64,000 nucleotides of DNA from Candidatus Methylomirabilia bacterium. Lineage in GTDB: Bacteria > Methylomirabilota > Methylomirabilia > Rokubacteriales > CSP1-6. The translations under genes and the position numbers were made by a program. The stretch spans positions 1 to 64,000 of the forward strand of contig JBGQHJ010000005.1 of the NCBI GenBank assembly GCA_041497895.1, given 5' to 3'. The notes under the pieces were generated by a model, which had not been told where the DNA came from, did not search any database, and worked only from the letters and a program-made list of their open reading frames with translations. This document shows, piece after piece, positions 19,530 to 28,769 of the stretch. Position 1 is the first letter of the stretch. The number at the start of each line of letters is the position of its first letter.

Positions 19530-21407
19530 GTGTCTTCGTTCAGACGCCTCCTGCCGTATCTGCTTCGCTACCGCCTGCGCTACCTGGGCGGGGCCGCGTG
19601 CCTGCTCCTCGCGACGCTGATGTCGGTCGGCATCCCGTGGACGGTGAAGCGCGCGGTGGACACCCTCGAGCGCGATGGCGCCGCCGCGCACCTGGCCCCC
19701 TTCGTGCTCCTCATCCTGGCCCTCGCGGCGGGTCACGGCGTGGCCCGGCTCGGCTCGCGCTTCGCGATCCTGGGCGCGGGGCAGTGGGTGGAGCACGACC
19801 TCCGCACCGCGCTCTACGCGCGCCTGCTGACGCTGCCGCCCGCCTTCTACCACGCCCACCGCACCGGCGACCTGATGTCGCGCGCGTCGAACGACATCTC
19901 GGCCCTGCGCGCGCTCGCCGGCTTCGGCGGCGTGATGCTGATCGGCACCCTCTTCGCGTTCGCGGGCACCCTCGGCGCCATGTGGGCGATCGACCCGTGG
20001 CTGACCCTGTTCGCGATGGCGCCGTTTCCGGGCCTGGTGGTGATCGCCAAGCGCTTCAATCACGACGTGGAGGCGCGCTCCACCGCGGTGCAGGAGCAGC
20101 TCGGCGCGCTGTCGGCCAAGGCCCAGGAGAACCTCACCGGCATGGCGGTGGTGCGCGCCTACACCATGGAGGAGCGGGAGATCGCCGAGTTCGCCCGGCT
20201 CAACGCGGAGTACCGGACGCGCAACCTCGCCCTGGCCCGCACCCAGTCGGTGTCGTGGCCGCTGATGGGCCTGGTCTCGGGCGTGGGCGCCCTGATCGTG
20301 CTCTGGCTGGGCGGCAAGGCGGTGGTGGACGGGCGTATCTCCCTGGGCTCGTTCGTCGCGTTCAACGGCTACCTGGCCCAGCTCGCGTGGCCCACCGTCG
20401 CGCTGGGCTGGACGCTCGCCAGCATCCAGCGGGGGCTGGCGGCGATGCAGCGGGTGACGGAGATTCTGGATTCGCGCCCGCATGAGAGCTTGGGTGGTTT
20501 ATCTGACGCGGACGGGTTGTCCGCCGATTGGGGGAGTGCGGGGGCCATTTCTGGGCCCCCGCAGATGAAGAAAGACGGGTCAGATAAGCCGCCAAGCTTC
20601 CTGCCCGGCAAGACTGAGCCCGAGCTCCCGCCGGGTGGTCCGCAGCCCGAGCTCTTGCCCAACGGGCCGCTCGAGTTCCGCGGCCTCACCTTCGCGTACG
20701 ACGACCGGGGTCTCGTGCTGCGGGACGTCTCGTTCGTGGTGCCGGCGGGCTCGGTGGTGGCGGTGGTCGGGCCCACCGGGAGCGGCAAGTCGACGCTCGG
20801 CACGCTGCTCTGCCGGCTCTACGAGCCGCCCCGCGGCACGGTGTGGGTCGGCGGGCGCGACGTGCTGGACCTGCCGCTCGGTCCGCTGCGCCGCTCGGTG
20901 GGCTACGTGCCGCAGGAGTCCTTCCTGTTCTCGCGCCCGCTGCGCGACAACGTGCGCCTGGCCGACGAGCACGCGGGCCCCGAGCGGCTCGAGGAGGTGG
21001 CCCGCACCGCGGGCCTGGCCGACGACCTGGGCGCGCTACCGGCCGGCTGGGACACGGTGGTGGGCGAGCGCGGCCTCACCCTCTCGGGTGGCCAGCGCCA
21101 GCGGGTGGCGCTGGCGCGCGCGCTGGTGGCGGATCCTCCGTTCCTGGTGCTGGACGACGTGCTCGCCTCGGTGGACGCGGCCAAGGAGTGGGAGATCACC
21201 CGCTCGCTCCGCGCGGCGGCGAGCGGCCGCACCACGCTCCTCATGACCCACCGGCTCAAGGCGGCCGCGGAGGCCGACCGGATCGTGGTGCTCGACGAGG
21301 GCCGCGTGGTGGAGCAGGGGCGCCACCCCGAGCTGCTGGCCGCGGGCGGGCTCTACGCGCGTCTCTGGCGCGTGCAGCAGCTGGAGGACGAGCTCGCCAA
21401 TGCGTGA
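19530..21407 (+). CDS. Heterodimeric ABC exporter subunit (TMD+NBD, degenerate Walker B)
   Basis: TGDLMSR, GPTGSGKS, VGERG.TLSGGQRQR and LDDVLASVD; the TMD-NBD linker is elongated. Confidence 0.9.
   Translation: MSSFRRLLPYLLRYRLRYLGGAACLLLATLMSVGIPWTVKRAVDTLERDGAAAHLAPFVLLILALAAGHGVARLGSRFAILGAGQWVEHDLRTALYARLLTLPPAFYHAHRTGDLMSRASNDISALRALAGFGGVMLIGTLFAFAGTLGAMWAIDPWLTLFAMAPFPGLVVIAKRFNHDVEARSTAVQEQLGALSAKAQENLTGMAVVRAYTMEEREIAEFARLNAEYRTRNLALARTQSVSWPLMGLVSGVGALIVLWLGGKAVVDGRISLGSFVAFNGYLAQLAWPTVALGWTLASIQRGLAAMQRVTEILDSRPHESLGGLSDADGLSADWGSAGAISGPPQMKKDGSDKPPSFLPGKTEPELPPGGPQPELLPNGPLEFRGLTFAYDDRGLVLRDVSFVVPAGSVVAVVGPTGSGKSTLGTLLCRLYEPPRGTVWVGGRDVLDLPLGPLRRSVGYVPQESFLFSRPLRDNVRLADEHAGPERLEEVARTAGLADDLGALPAGWDTVVGERGLTLSGGQRQRVALARALVADPPFLVLDDVLASVDAAKEWEITRSLRAAASGRTTLLMTHRLKAAAEADRIVVLDEGRVVEQGRHPELLAAGGLYARLWRVQQLEDELANA
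20487..20599. mobile_element. MITE/palindromic element inserted in frame in the ABC linker
   Basis: Imperfect terminal inverted repeats (agcttgggtggtttatctgac / gtcagataagccgccaagct), AGCTT direct repeats 108 bp apart, two internal hairpins and lower GC. Confidence 0.6.
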
Positions 21408-23220
21408 CGCCGAGCCGGACGACGAGATCCTCGGCCGGGCCTACGACGCGCGCCTCATGCGCCGCGTCTGGTCCTTCACGCGCCCGCACGCCCGGCTGGT
21501 GCTGGTCACCTGCACCCTGTTCCCGGCGGTGGCCCTGCTCGAGCTGGCCCAGCCCTACCTGGTCAAGATCGCGATCGACGAGCACATCCTCCGGCGCGAC
21601 TGACCGGGGCTGGGTCGCGTGGCCCTGCTCTTCATGCTCCTGCTCGTCGGCCTCTACGTCCTGCGGGCCACCCAGACCTACCTCACCCAGCTCACCGGTC
21701 AGCGGGTCATCCACGACCTGCGCGCGGCCGTCTTCGCGCACCTCCAGCGGCAGGACGCGCGCTTCTACGACCGGAGCCCGGTCGGGCGGCTGATGACCCG
21801 GCTGCTCAACGACGGCGAGGCGATCCAGGAGCTGTTCACGAGTGGGCTCGTCTCGCTCCTGGGCGACGTGGTCACGCTCACCGGGGTGGTCGCCATCATG
21901 CTCGGGATGAACTGGAAGCTCGCCCTCGTCACCTTCGCGCTGGTCCCGCTGCTCGTGCTCGCGGCCGGCTACTTCCGGCTGCGGGCCCGCGACAGCTACC
22001 GGGTGGTGCGCACCCGTCTCGCCCGCATGAACGCGTTCCTGCAGGAGTCGCTCCAGGGCATGAGCGTGATCCAGCTCTTCGCCCGCGAGGCGCGCGAGCG
22101 GCAGATGTTCGGCGAGCTGTCGGGCGCGCTGCGCCGCGGGCAGTTCCGCTCCACCTTCTACGACGCCTCGCTCTATGCCACCGTCGAGGCGCTGGGCGCG
22201 GCCGCGGTGGCCCTCCTCCTCTGGTACGGCGGCGGGCAGGTGGTGACCGGGGCGCTGACCTTCGGCGGCCTCGTCGCGTTCCTCGAGTACACCGGGCGGT
22301 TCTTCCTCCCGATCCGTGACCTGGGGGCCAAGTACACCGTCATGCAGGCGGCCATGGTCTCGGCCGAGCGGGTCTTCGGCCTGCTCGACACCCAGCCGAC
22401 GATCACGAGCCCGCCGGGGCGCGGTTCGGAGAGCCGAGCCGCCACCACCGGGCGGGCCGGAGCGCTGGAAGGGACGGCGGCGCCGGCGGTCGAGTTCCGC
22501 AACGTGTGGTTCGCGTACGAGGGCGAGCAGTGGGTGCTGCGCGACTGCTCCTTCCATCTGGCGCCCGGTGAGCAGGTGGCCCTGGTGGGCCCGACCGGCG
22601 AGGGCAAGACGACCATCGCCCGCCTGATGACCCGAGCCTACGACGTCACGCAGGGCCAGGTGCTGGTCGACGGGGTGGACGTGCGGGAGTGGGATTTGCG
22701 CACGCTGCGGCGCCACGTCGGGCTGATCCCGCAGGAGGTGTTCCTGTTCTCGGGCACGGTGGAGAACAACCTGCGCCTGGCCGGCGACGGCGCGGTCGAT
22801 CGGGCCACGGTGGAGCGGGCGCTGGCCGCGGCGAGCGCGGACCGCTTCGTGGCGACGCTGCCGCGCGGCCTCGGCGAGGAGCTGCGCGAGCGCGGCGTCA
22901 ACCTCTCGCAGGGCCAGCGCCAGCTGCTGGCCATCGCCCGCGCCATCATCTATAATCCTCGCGTTCTCGCCCTGGACGAGGCGACCTCGAGCATCGATCC
23001 GGAATCGGAAGCCCTGGTGCGCGTCGGGATCGCGCGCCTGGTGGAGGGACGGACGAGCCTCGTCATCGCCCACCGGCTGTCGACGATCCAGCGCGCGGAC
23101 CGGATCCTCGTGCTGCACCGCGGGCAGATCCGCGAGGCGGGTCGGCACGCGGAGCTTCTCGCCCTCGGAGGGCTGTACTCACGACTGTACGAGCTGCAGT
23201 TCGGCCTGGAGCGGACATGA
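21400..23220 (+). pseudogene. ABC exporter partner subunit interrupted by an in-frame TGA at 21601-21603
   Basis: ORFs 21400-21603 and 21619-23220 share one frame and read continuously (HILRRD*PGLGRV); GPTGEGKT, LSQGQRQL, LDEATSSID and AHRLST. Confidence 0.75.
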
Positions 23221-23561
23221 AGCACTTCGACGCGGCGGTCTACCGGCTGGTCGCGCGAATCCCGAGGGGGCGGGTGGCGACCTACGGCCAGATCGCGGCG
23301 CTGCTCGGCTACCCGCGCTCGGCCCGCGCGGTGGGTCGGGCGATGAAGCACGTGCCGGCACACGTGCCGTGGCACCGGGTGGTGAACGCGCAGGGCGGCA
23401 TCAGCCGGCGGGCCAACGTGGGCGGCATGCTGACGCAGCGGGTACTGCTCGAGCAGGAGGGCGTCGTGGTCCGGCGGGGCCGGATCCGGCTCCGGGAGCA
23501 CCGGTGGACCGGCGCGCGGCGCGGGCGTCCGCTCGCGATCGCCGCCCTCGAGCGGCTCTGA
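23217..23561 (+). CDS. Alkyltransferase-like (ATL/YbaZ) protein
   Basis: [18 protein letters not shown] and PWHRV (Trp in place of the catalytic Cys). Confidence 0.85.
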   Translation: MKHFDAAVYRLVARIPRGRVATYGQIAALLGYPRSARAVGRAMKHVPAHVPWHRVVNAQGGISRRANVGGMLTQRVLLEQEGVVVRRGRIRLREHRWTGARRGRPLAIAALERL

Positions 23562-23586
23562 GCCCGGGACACTGATCGGAGGACAC

Positions 23587-24615
23587 ATGCGACTCGGACT
23601 GAACATCGGCTACTCGCGCTCCCAGCTCGGCGTCGACCTGTCCTTGGTCCAGCACGCGGAGCGGCTCGGCTTCCACTCGGTGTGGTCGGCGGAGGCCTAC
23701 GGCTCCGATGCGGTCTCGCCCCTCTGCTGGATCGCGGCCCGCACGGAGCGGATCCGGGTCGGCACCGCGATTATGCAGATCCCGGCCCGCACCCCCACGT
23801 TGACCGCGACCACCGCGCTCACGATCGACCAGCTCTCCGGGGGTCGCTTCATCCTGGGCCTCGGTGTCTCAGGCCCACAGGTGGTGGAGGGCTGGCACGG
23901 GGTCGCCTTCGGCAAGCCGCTCGCCAAGACCCGCGAGTACGTCGAGATCGTACGCATGGTCTGGAAGCGGGAGCGGCCGGTCGAGCACAAGGGCGAGTAC
24001 TACCAGATCCCGTACGCGGGGCCGGATGCGACCGGGCTCGGCAAGCCGCTGAAGTCGATCCTGCACGGCCGGGCCGACATCCCGATCTACCTGGCCGCGA
24101 TCGGCCCCCGGAACGTGGCCCTCGCGGCCGAGATCGCGGACGGGCTCCTGCCGGTGTTCTTCTCGCCCGAGCGCATGAGCGTGTTCGCCCCGAGTCTCGA
24201 GGCCGGCTTCAAGGCGGCGGGTGGCGGCAAGTCGCTGGCCCGCTTCGACGTGGCCCCCACCGTTCCGATCGTGCTGGGGCCGGACGCGGCCGCGTGCCGG
24301 GCCATGGTCAAGCCCCGGCTCGCCCTGTACGTGGGCGGCATGGGGGCCCGCGGCAAGAACTTCTACAACGAGCTGGTCAGCCGCTACGGCTACGAGGCCG
24401 ACGCCAAGCGTATCCAGGATCTCTACCTCGGCGGCAAGAAGGACGAGGCGGCCGCCGCGGTGCCCGACGCCCTCGTGGACGAGGTCGCGCTGTGCGGGCC
24501 GAAGGAGCGCATTCGCGAGCGCCTGCCGCGCTGGAAGAGCTCCGGCATCACCACGCTGATCTGCGGCGCGGTGCAGCCGGAGGCGCTCGAGCTGATGGCG
24601 GAGCTGGTGCTGTAG
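23587..24615 (+). CDS. LLM-class (putatively F420-dependent) oxidoreductase
   Basis: [23 protein letters not shown] and YVGGMGA..KNFY. Confidence 0.88.
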   Translation: MRLGLNIGYSRSQLGVDLSLVQHAERLGFHSVWSAEAYGSDAVSPLCWIAARTERIRVGTAIMQIPARTPTLTATTALTIDQLSGGRFILGLGVSGPQVVEGWHGVAFGKPLAKTREYVEIVRMVWKRERPVEHKGEYYQIPYAGPDATGLGKPLKSILHGRADIPIYLAAIGPRNVALAAEIADGLLPVFFSPERMSVFAPSLEAGFKAAGGGKSLARFDVAPTVPIVLGPDAAACRAMVKPRLALYVGGMGARGKNFYNELVSRYGYEADAKRIQDLYLGGKKDEAAAAVPDALVDEVALCGPKERIRERLPRWKSSGITTLICGAVQPEALELMAELVL

Positions 24616-24619
24616 GGCC

Positions 24620-25114
24620 GTGAAGCCCGCGGTCGAGAAGGTACAGGCCGCCATCAGCGCGCACGGGCTCGAGCGGCGGGTGATCGAGCTCGCGGTCCAC
24701 GCGCGCACCTCGCAGCAGGCCGCGGACGCGCTCGGGGTGACGGTGGGGCAGATCGTGAAGTCGCTCGTCTTCACCGCGGACGGGCGGCCGCTCCTGGTGG
24801 TGGCCTCGGGCGCCAACCGAGTGGACGAGCGGCGACTGGGCGAGCTGGCGGGCGGGCGGATCCGCCGCGCCGACCCGGCTACCGTGAAGGAGGCCACCGG
24901 CTACACCATCGGCGGGGTACCGCCGATCGGCCTCGCGAGCCCGCTCGCGGTCTACGTGGACCGCGATCTGCTCGGCTACGATCTGGTCTACGCGGCGGCG
25001 GGCCTGCCCGAGTGCGTGTTTCCCATCGCGCCGCCGGAGCTGGTGCGCGCGACCGGCGGGACAGTCGTCGACATCAAGGAATCGGGGAGCCCTTTGAAAG
25101 GAGCGCGACCATGA
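24620..25114 (+). CDS. YbaK/EbsC aminoacyl-tRNA deacylase family
   Basis: QIVKSL, TGY.IGGVPP and AAAG. Confidence 0.88.
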   Translation: MKPAVEKVQAAISAHGLERRVIELAVHARTSQQAADALGVTVGQIVKSLVFTADGRPLLVVASGANRVDERRLGELAGGRIRRADPATVKEATGYTIGGVPPIGLASPLAVYVDRDLLGYDLVYAAAGLPECVFPIAPPELVRATGGTVVDIKESGSPLKGARP

Positions 25115-25872
25115 GACTCAAGGACAAGGTAGCCCTGATCACCGGGGCGGGCTCCGGCATCGGGCAGGCGACCGCGGTACTGTTCGCCCGCGAGGGCGCG
25201 AAGGTCGCGGTGGTGGACGTCCGAGAAGACGCGGCCAAGACCACCGCCGAGCAGATCGAGCGGAGCGGGGGCCAGGCGCTCGCCATCCGGGCCGACGTCT
25301 CGAAGTCGGCGGACAACCAGGCCGCGATCCAGCAGGCGGTGGTCCGCTGGGGCCGCCTCGACGTCTTCTACGCCAACGCGGGGGTGCCGCAGTTCCCGAC
25401 GCCGGTCGAGAGCGTGGACGAGGCGGTGTTCGACCAGATCATGGCGGTGAACGTGAAGGGCGTGTTCCTCGCCGCCAAGCACGTGATGCCGGTCTTCAAG
25501 AAGCAGAAAGGCGGCGTGCTGTTGATCACCGGCTCGACCTCGGGCGTCCGCCCGCGCCCCGGCGTGCAGTGCTACTCGGCCTCCAAGGGCGCGGTGCACA
25601 CCATGGCCGCGAGCCTCGCGCTCGAGTTCGCCGCCTTCGGGGCGCGCGTGGTCGCGATCGCCCCGGTGGCCACCGAGACGCCCATGCTCGCGACCTTCAT
25701 GGGCAAGAAGCAGGTGGACGAGGAGGGCATGACCCGCTACCGCGGGACGGTGCCGCTCGGGCGGCTCAACCGGCCGGAGGATCTCGCGAACGCCGCGCTC
25801 TTCCTGGCCTCCGACGACGCTGCGATGATCACCGGCAGCGTGTTCCCGGTCGACGGCGGCCGGTGCATCTAG
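25111..25872 (+). CDS. SDR family oxidoreductase
   Basis: TGAGSGIG, ANAG, YSASK and VDGG. Confidence 0.92.
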   Translation: MRLKDKVALITGAGSGIGQATAVLFAREGAKVAVVDVREDAAKTTAEQIERSGGQALAIRADVSKSADNQAAIQQAVVRWGRLDVFYANAGVPQFPTPVESVDEAVFDQIMAVNVKGVFLAAKHVMPVFKKQKGGVLLITGSTSGVRPRPGVQCYSASKGAVHTMAASLALEFAAFGARVVAIAPVATETPMLATFMGKKQVDEEGMTRYRGTVPLGRLNRPEDLANAALFLASDDAAMITGSVFPVDGGRCI

Positions 25873-25873
25873 C

Positions 25874-25915
25874 ATTCCCCCTCTCCCCCCTGGGGAGAGG
25901 GCAGGGTGAGGGGGC
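25874..25915 (-). repeat. REP-like palindromic element
   Basis: The minus strand reads cccctcaccctgccctctccccaggggggagaggggaatg, with a CCCTCTCCC/GGGAGAGGG stem. Confidence 0.6.
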
Positions 25916-26881
25916 TTGATGATCGTCACCCCGCTCGCCGCCGAGTCGCTGGGGGTGCGCTCGGTGGCCACCTACGTCGAGTGCGGGCAGACGCGTGTGC
26001 TCATCGATCCGGGCGCGATGCTGGCCCCCAGCCGCTTCAACCTGGCGCCCGTCGAGGAGGAGTGGGAGGCGCTGCGTCGCGCGAACGATCGCATCTCGGG
26101 CTACGCGGCGCGGGCCTCCCTGATCTTCGTCAGCCACTACCACGAGGATCACTTCCGTCACGACCTGGGGCTCTACGCGGGCCGGCACCTCTGGGCCAAG
26201 GACCCGAAGCGCCACATCACCGGCCGGCAGGCCCAGCGCGCGGAGCGGCTGTGGAGCGCGCTCGCCACTTCCTGTCCCCCGGCGTCCGCGGAGGGCCGAC
26301 GGCTGGAGACGATGGACGCGGTGCTCCAGGCCTCGCCGCCGCTCAGCCACGGCCCCGACGGGACCTCGCTCGGCTACGTGGTGGCCCTGACGGTGGAAGA
26401 CCGCCGTGAAGGCACCCGCTTCGTCCACGCCTCCGACGTGCAGGGCCCGCTGTCGGCGGTGGCCGCGGCGTACCTGGCGCGCCAGCGCCCCACGCTGCTC
26501 TACCTGTCGGGCCCGCCCGCCTATCTCGAGTCGCAGCTCGGCTCCGAGCTGGTGGACCGGGGCATCGAGCACCTGCTGCGGATCATCGATCAGACCGGCT
26601 GCCGGGTGATCCTCGATCATCACGCGCTGCGGGACGCGGCGTACCCGGAGCGCTTCCGGCGCCTGTGGGAGACCGGGCGCGTGGTCACCGCAGCCGGGTT
26701 CCTGGGGGAGCGTGACGCGCCACTGGAGGCGCGACGCCGCGAGCTGTGGACGGGCCGGCGCAAGCCGCCCATGCCGGTGCGACCGTCGCGGGCACGTGGC
26801 GCGGGCGCAGGCCCGGGCGCGGACGGCGCGCGCGCGGCGACCGACTTCCGCCCGCGGTTCGGGCGGGTGAGAGAGGGATGA
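25916..26881 (+). CDS. Metallo-beta-lactamase-fold protein, UPF0282-like
   Basis: PLAAESLGVRS, IDPG, SHYHEDH, SDVQGP, GPP.YL and LDHH.LRD. Confidence 0.75.
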   Translation: MMIVTPLAAESLGVRSVATYVECGQTRVLIDPGAMLAPSRFNLAPVEEEWEALRRANDRISGYAARASLIFVSHYHEDHFRHDLGLYAGRHLWAKDPKRHITGRQAQRAERLWSALATSCPPASAEGRRLETMDAVLQASPPLSHGPDGTSLGYVVALTVEDRREGTRFVHASDVQGPLSAVAAAYLARQRPTLLYLSGPPAYLESQLGSELVDRGIEHLLRIIDQTGCRVILDHHALRDAAYPERFRRLWETGRVVTAAGFLGERDAPLEARRRELWTGRRKPPMPVRPSRARGAGAGPGADGARAATDFRPRFGRVREG

Positions 26882-27354
26882 GCGCAATGAGCGAGGGCAA
26901 GGCACCCGGGGTGGGCGATCCCGCCCCGGACTTCACGCTGAAGACGATCGGGCTCAAGGACGTGAGCCTCAAGACCTACCGGGGCAAGAACGTGGTGCTG
27001 CTCTTCTATCCGCTCGACTGGACGCCGGGCTGATCCACCTGCATGCCCGCCTTCGATCGTCGCATCCGCGATTTCGAGGCGGCGAATACCCAGGTCATGG
27101 GTATCAGCACGGACAGCCCGTTCAGCCACGAGAACTGGGCGAAGTCGGTGGGCATCTCGAACTACCCGCTGCTCTCCGACATGCAGCGCTCCGCGGTGAA
27201 GGCCTACGGGGTCTACTGGCCGGACTGGAACGCCAACCTGCGGGCCACCTTCGTGATCGACAAGCAGGGAGTGATCCGCTTCACGGAGCGCTACGGCAAG
27301 GGGGAGCTGCCCGATCCCGAGAAGATCCTCGCCGAGGTCAAGAAGCTGACCTAG
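26878..27354 (+). CDS. Peroxiredoxin (AhpE/BCP-like), probable selenoprotein with Sec at TGA 27031-27033
   Basis: The frame is continuous across the TGA: APDFTL...FYPLDWTPG*STCMP...GISTD...LLSD...RATFVID. Alternative start at 26887. Confidence 0.85.
27047..27082 (+). promoter_or_regulatory. Candidate bacterial SECIS stem-loop
   Basis: ccgcc-t-tcga pairs with tcga-ggcgg, starting 13 nt after the UGA. Confidence 0.5.
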
Positions 27355-28273
27355 CCTCGGCCGGCGGGGCCGGCGGCGTCAGCGGCGCCTGGGTGGTGAA
27401 GGCCACGCCCAGTAGCACCAGCGCGCCGCCGGCCACCTCCGGCCACTCGATGGCCTCTCGCAGCATCACCCAGGCCAGCAACACGCCCACGATCGGCTGC
27501 AGGTTCATGAAGATCGCGGCCCGGCTGGGGCCCACCGTCTTCACGCCCTCGTACCACCACACGTGGGCGACCGCGCCCAGGAAGGCCTGGTAGAGGACGA
27601 CCAGCCACGCGGTCTGCGAGGTGAGATCGGGGCGCGGGAAGAACGGGGCCGCCACCAGCATCATCGGCAGCAGCATCGCCGAGCCCAGGATGTAGGACGC
27701 GGTGGTGGCCACCGCGGGCGAGTGCACCGCGAGCACCTGCTTGCCGTAGATGGTGTACGCGCTCCAGCCGGCCTGCGAGACCAGCAGGATGAAGTCGCCG
27801 GGCATGAGCTCGAGGTGGGCGATCGCCCGCCAGCTCCCGCGCGTGATGACCAGCAGCACCCCGGCCAGCGAGGCCGCTACTCCCGCCCACTGGCGCCGGC
27901 GGAGACGCTCCTTCAGGTAGAACCGCGCGCCGAGGGCCACCAGCACCGGCGTCGCGGCCTGGAGGATGGCGGCGTTGGCCGCGGTGCTGAGTGCGATGCC
28001 GAGGTAGGTGCCGCCGGTGGAGACGAAGAGTCCGGTGAAGCCGAGGAACGCGAAGGTGCGCAGGTCGGCCCAGCGCAGCTCGCGGAACTCCTCCCAGCCG
28101 CGGCGAAACAGGAGCACGGTGAGGAACGCGGACGCGAGCGTGCAGCGGAGCGAGACCAGCAGGTAGGGCGGGAAGTGGGCGAGGGCCAGCTTGGCGAACG
28201 CGGGGTAGGAGCCCCAGAGCGCCGAGATCAGCGTGAGTGCGAGATACGCTCGCGTTTGACCGGCGCCGGGCAC
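27338..28273 (-). CDS. DMT/EamA family transporter
   Basis: LWG, ANAAIL...P and AIFMNLQP; about 10 hydrophobic segments. Confidence 0.88.
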   Translation of the reverse strand: MPGAGQTRAYLALTLISALWGSYPAFAKLALAHFPPYLLVSLRCTLASAFLTVLLFRRGWEEFRELRWADLRTFAFLGFTGLFVSTGGTYLGIALSTAANAAILQAATPVLVALGARFYLKERLRRRQWAGVAASLAGVLLVITRGSWRAIAHLELMPGDFILLVSQAGWSAYTIYGKQVLAVHSPAVATTASYILGSAMLLPMMLVAAPFFPRPDLTSQTAWLVVLYQAFLGAVAHVWWYEGVKTVGPSRAAIFMNLQPIVGVLLAWVMLREAIEWPEVAGGALVLLGVAFTTQAPLTPPAPPAEARSAS

Positions 28274-28285
28274 CCGCCTATGATA
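28256..28285. promoter_or_regulatory. Overlapping divergent promoters (SRPBCC and DMT genes)
   Basis: Plus strand TTGACC-17-TATGAT (28256-28284); minus strand TATCAT at 28280-28285. Confidence 0.6.
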
Positions 28286-28295
28286 GCGCGGCGTC

Positions 28296-28769
28296 ATGCC
28301 GGACCATATCCTGGAGCGTCGCGTGTGGCTGCCGCGGCCGCGCCCCGAGGTGTTCGACTTCTTCGCGGACGCGCGCAACCTCCCGGTCATCCAGCCTGCC
28401 TGGGCGCGCCCGCGCTGGCTCGCGCCCCCGCCTCCACGCCTCGCCGCGGGGGCGGTGCTCGACTTCCGCGTACGGTGGCTGCCGATCGCCTGGCGGGTGA
28501 TGATCCGGGAGTTCGACCCGCCGTACCGTTTCGTCGACGTGCAGCTCCGCGGGCCGTTCGCGCGCTGGGAGCACCGGCATCGCTTCGTCGAAGGCCCTCG
28601 TAACCAGCCGGGCGGGGCGCCCGGCACCTGGGTGGAGGACCGCGTGACCTACCGGTTTCCCGCCGGCGCGCTCGGGCGTCTGGTCCACGCCCTGGGCGGA
28701 GGCCGTCGGCTGCGCGGCCTCTTCGACTACCGGGATCGTCGCCTGCGCGAGCGGTTCGGCGGCGGCTAG
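28296..28769 (+). CDS. SRPBCC family protein
   Basis: VFDFF.D.RNL, FVDVQLRGPF..WEHRH.F and D.V.Y. Confidence 0.85.
   Translation: MPDHILERRVWLPRPRPEVFDFFADARNLPVIQPAWARPRWLAPPPPRLAAGAVLDFRVRWLPIAWRVMIREFDPPYRFVDVQLRGPFARWEHRHRFVEGPRNQPGGAPGTWVEDRVTYRFPAGALGRLVHALGGGRRLRGLFDYRDRRLRERFGGG

Noticed and set aside
21601..21660. Selenocysteine at the ABC transporter TGA
   Set aside because: No redox-Cys context and no convincing SECIS-like hairpin. A Trp-to-stop change is more parsimonious.
22405..22490. Extended linker in the second ABC subunit
   Set aside because: Low-complexity and GC-typical, with no terminal repeats, unlike the element at 20487-20599.
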